Part shown: positions 17,214 to 19,008 of the stretch, piece after piece
Position numbering within the stretch: position 1 is the stretch's first letter
How the letters are laid out: each line of letters starts with the position of its first letter
Assembly (NCBI GenBank): GCA_000388065.2
Contig: KB932202.1
Direction: 5' to 3' (one strand)
DNA length: 19,008 nt
Source: Fonticula alba ATCC 38817
Lineage: Eukaryota; Protista; Nucleariida
Program-made: the position numbers and the translations under genes
Notes under the pieces: model-generated
Database searches by the model: none
What the model was told of the DNA's origin: nothing
What the model saw: only the letters and a program-made list of their open reading frames with translations

Positions 17214-17874
17214 TCCAAACTCCCCCGCGCCCCCCTCCCCCTCCCCCCCCCCCCCCCCGCCCACCCTCCCGGTGCACTCCCATCGAATGAAGGGGTCACA
17301 CCTGAACGGTACCGGCGGCCCCGGCATTTGGACGCTCATCCACGCACTGATCCAGGGCGCCGCGCCGATGGACAGCCTTGCCTTGCTGGGCTTCCAGTCG
17401 TCGGTACGTTTGTCCTGGCACCATCCCGTGGGTCTGGCCCGCCTTGCTGCTCATCCAACTGCCTTCGAGTCGCTGACGGTCGGCATTTCGTGCACGCCTC
17501 CCCCCCCTCCCGCCCAGACCGAGCTCCTGCTCCTGACTGTTGCCCTGGCCACTGGCCGGTATGTCTCCCTGCCGGGCTTCGTGGCTGGCGTGCGATCGAC
17601 CGCCGGGACATCTGGCGATCGGCTGGTCCGCCGGGCAGTTCGCCTGCTCGGCGTGTCCGGGCACACGGCCGCCGCCTTTTCCACCCTCATCGAGGCTCGA
17701 CATTATGATGGATGTCTCTGGCTGGCCGGGGCCCTACGCAGCATCGCCGGCGACCGGCTGCTGGAGTTCATTGCCGGCAATCGCACCGGAGCCCACCCCT
17801 CGGTGGGTATGGCCGACACCCCGGAGGAGGTCCTCGAGCATATCCTGGCCGCATGTGGCATCGGCACACCCTAA
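4551..17874 (+). CDS. KNTC1: Rod (Rough deal)/KNTC1-like kinetochore protein: N-terminal beta-propeller, Sec39-like alpha-solenoid and Rod_C. Proposed exons 4551-5230, 5367-7600, 7719-15394, 17356-17403, 17518-17874; about 3,664 aa
   Basis: Phase-consistent splicing links ORFs 4551, 5380 and 7505; exons total 10,995 nt = 3,665 codons. Collinear matches to recalled human KNTC1 motifs: PEQEYERHLAAGNFLEALDLA ~ PENRLSRLLHKHRFAEAESFA; YARDRV ~ YAKTRL; AAMLLWSRH ~ AQYLWLRH; AAWFGADVLP ~ CPWFKNDVIP; VELLGRWV ~ DMLLEKWL; HLRRLVFLV ~ ALRRVQYLL; ARALLALCL ~ TRALQCLF; RRVWSQH ~ KGLWKNH; TTIQSALL ~ RVIQIPLL. Additional in-frame introns inside the 7.7-kb exon 3 cannot be excluded. Confidence 0.8.
5231..5366 (+). 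other. Rod intron 1 (136 nt, phase 2)
   Basis: Donor GTGCGT, branch CTAAC at 5313-5317, acceptor CCAAG. Gives a propeller-strand-like GPIASLHFL|SPTALLALIS. Confidence 0.82.
7601..7718 (+). other. Rod intron 2 (118 nt, phase 1)
   Basis: Donor GTGCGT, branch TTCTAAC at 7666-7672 (contains the apparent TAA stop), acceptor GCCAG. Explains the frame switch between ORFs 5380..7671 and 7505..15781. Confidence 0.88.
12488..12511 (+). repeat. (CAG)7CAA coding microsatellite, poly-Q8 in the Rod-like protein
   Basis: Seen directly, in frame (RQQQQQQQQHD). Confidence 0.9.
15435..15512. repeat. 10-bp minisatellite TATGC(A/G)CACA with a 30-bp higher-order unit, truncated by the gap
   Basis: CATGCACGCA followed by (TATGCACACA TATGCGCACA TATGCACACA)x2 TA, then Ns. 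Confidence 0.92.
15513..15522. other. Assembly gap (10 N; true length unknown)
   Basis: N run seen directly. Confidence 0.99.
17116..17209. repeat. C94 homopolymer
   Basis: 94 consecutive C. The exact length may be a sequencing or assembly artefact. Confidence 0.85.
17356..17874 (+). CDS. KNTC1: Terminal exons (17356-17403, 17518-17874) assigned to the Rod-like gene; may be annotated elsewhere as a separate small hypothetical gene
   Basis: Internal intron 17404-17517 (GTACGT...GCTGAC...CCCAG, phase 0). The C-terminus LIEARHYDGCLWL...ADTPEEVLEHILAACG resembles the recalled human KNTC1 end LANDLSLDEASVL...PDTAPCEILKMFLSGLS. Confidence 0.62.
   Translation, partial: GAAPMDSLALLGFQSSVRLSWHHPVGLARLAAHPTAFESLTVGISCTPPPPPAQTELLLLTVALATGRYVSLPGFVAGVRSTAGTSGDRLVRRAVRLLGVSGHTAAAFSTLIEARHYDGCLWLAGALRSIAGDRLLEFIAGNRTGAHPSVGMADTPEEVLEHILAACGIGTP
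17404..17517 (+). other. Rod intron 4 (114 nt, phase 0, in-frame and stop-free)
   Basis: Donor GTACGT, branch GCTGAC at 17472-17477, C-rich tract, acceptor CCCAG. Confidence 0.72.
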
Positions 17875-17992
17875 TGTGCAACGCCCCCCCCCCCCCCCCC
17901 CCCGGGGGGTCCCCCTCGTCTCTGGTAGGGCTTTTTTCCCCTCCGATTCCACTCTTACTTCACACTGCGGAACGTCTGTTTTTGGCTTCCCC

Positions 17993-17998
17993 TTTATT
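17993..17998 (-). promoter_or_regulatory. Canonical AATAAA polyadenylation signal for the minus-strand GTPase gene
   Basis: TTTATT on + strand, about 156 nt downstream of the TAG at 18154, within an AT-rich patch. Confidence 0.6.
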
Positions 17999-18153
17999 TT
18001 GCTAATATATTCGATGGCCCCCGCCGCGCGGCAGGAAGGGAGAAAAGATGCCCGAGACAAAGGATCATGAGGCGAGGGGGGGGGGGGGGGGGAGGGGAAC
18101 AGGGGAAGGAGGCTGCCCCGGTCTCGGGCACTCAGGGCAGGGAGGTGGCAGGT

Positions 18154-18856
18154 CTACTGCGCCATCGGCCATGTGGAGGTGACGACACCCACGGCCAAGG
18201 TGATGCCATGGTCACGCAGCAGGAATCTCGACGAAGCTTGGCAGACTGGAGTCCAGAGAGGGGAGCACATGCGCAGGGAGGGTGCGTGAGCGGGATCGAG
18301 GAGGGCGAAAAGGGCGCCACATGCGGGCAAAAGAGGAAGCAGGAGGAGACACAGGCACGCGGGCACAAGTACCTGTGAAGATGTCGGTCGACAGGGGCGA
18401 GTCGAATTTGATGTGGACAACGGCGCGATCGCCCGGGCGCAGAACATGCGCCGGCGTCATGCGCCGGCTGCCATCGGGGGCGTCATCCTCGCTGTCACTG
18501 CCGTCGTGGGTCTGGGAGTCCGGCGGCGGGATGGTCGAGGGGTCGGCGCGCAGGACATTCCGCACGCGCGAAATCATCGCCTGGCGCTGGAGACCACCGG
18601 GTCCGAAGAAAACGGCGATCTGGCCGGCGATGATGGCGGGCGAGCTGTCGAGCACGCGAATCTGCGCACGAACCGCGCGCGTCACCCGGGGCGCCAGCGA
18701 CAGGACGGCATCCTGCTTGGAGGCCGACGCCGAGGTCGTCACCCAGGGGAAGGTCGTGGCCAGCATGCCGGAGGTGACCAGCGCCGGCTGGGACATCTTC
18801 TCCAGGGTCAACGTCACGCCGACATCCCCGCAGAAGGCGAAGGTCGTGCTCATGTC
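18154..18856 (-). CDS. 3' part of an EF1A/HBS1/eRF3-family translational GTPase (end of domain II plus domain III), most like HBS1. Visible exons 18856-18373 and 18245-18154; 5' part lies outside the window
   Basis: FAFCGDVGVTLTL ~ A.AGDHVSLTL; RAQIRVLDSSPAIIAG ~ RARILIFNIEIPITKG; LRPGDRAVVHIKFDSPLSTDIFT ~ LKSGDAAIV..P.CVESF. After the intron, SRFLLRDHGITLAVGVVT ~ GRFMLRYGGSTIAAGVVT. Upstream acceptor ATCCAG ends at 18857, with branch CCTGAC near 18937-18942. Confidence 0.82.
18246..18372 (-). other. GTPase gene intron (127 nt, phase 1)
   Basis: Donor GTACTT, branch-like GCTCAC (18286-18291), acceptor TCCAG. Gives DIFT-V-CQASSRFLLR. Confidence 0.85.
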
Positions 18857-19008
18857 CTGGATGGAAATGGCTGGGACAGGGCGCCCGGGCGGAGGGGCAG
18901 GGAGGGGGGGGGGAGGGTCGGATGCCGGGAAAGCAGGTCAGGACACTGACAGGAGAAGCTCTCGCCGGATGGGCTTTGAGGATATGCACGAGCGCATGGC
19001 TCGGGGGG

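Larger units (their letters stand above)
15395..17355 (+). other. Proposed Rod intron 3 (nominally 1,961 nt, phase 0, spans an assembly gap)
   Basis: Donor GTGCGT at 15395; acceptor ACTGATCCAG ending at 17355. The junction AAFL|GAAP aligns with recalled human KNFLGSCDP. The intron body is repeat- and homopolymer-rich and not convincingly coding. Confidence 0.6.

Noticed and set aside
16718-17339. Poly-Pro/poly-Gly ORFs over the C94 tract (formin/extensin-like appearance)
   Set aside because: They are translations of a pure homopolymer with no synonymous codon variation.
17559-17638. Strong-looking GTATGT donor with CAG at 17638 (80 nt)
   Set aside because: No branch point or pyrimidine tract, and splicing would shift frame and lose the Rod-like C-terminal motif.
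17287-17874. Stand-alone 195-aa gene from ATG 17287
   Set aside because: A phase-0 acceptor at 17355 and C-terminal similarity to KNTC1 favour terminal Rod exons. Not fully excluded without transcript data.

Overview
GC-rich, intron-containing eukaryotic DNA. The style is consistent with a protist opisthokont such as Fonticula, but that is inference and the taxon cannot be established from this window. Left to right: (1) a complete 6-exon Aa_trans/AVT-type (vacuolar/lysosomal) amino-acid transporter gene, 386-2571 (+), 483 aa; (2) a head-to-head pair of tRNA genes, initiator tRNA-Met(CAT) (3366-3437, -) and tRNA-Lys(TTT) (3543-3616, +); (3) a very large Rod/KNTC1-like kinetochore gene (RZZ complex), reconstructed as 5 exons from 4551 to 17874 (+), about 3,664 aa, whose last two exons lie beyond a ~2-kb repeat-rich intron containing an assembly gap; (4) the 3' end of a convergent EF1A/HBS1/eRF3-family translational GTPase gene (18154-18856, -) that runs off the right edge. 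No mobile element, CRISPR array or prokaryotic system is supported, and I found no clearly new multi-gene system. The most notable observations are: C at position +4 in all 10 reconstructed splice donors (8 are GTGCGY); the oversized Rod orthologue with twin CDK-site/NLS-like motifs; the anomalous long Rod intron with a sense-strand AATAAA island and candidate alternative exons; and an initiator tRNA with C64, which lacks the purine used for fungal/plant-type ribosylation. Protein homology statements rest on motifs recalled from known family members, not on searches.
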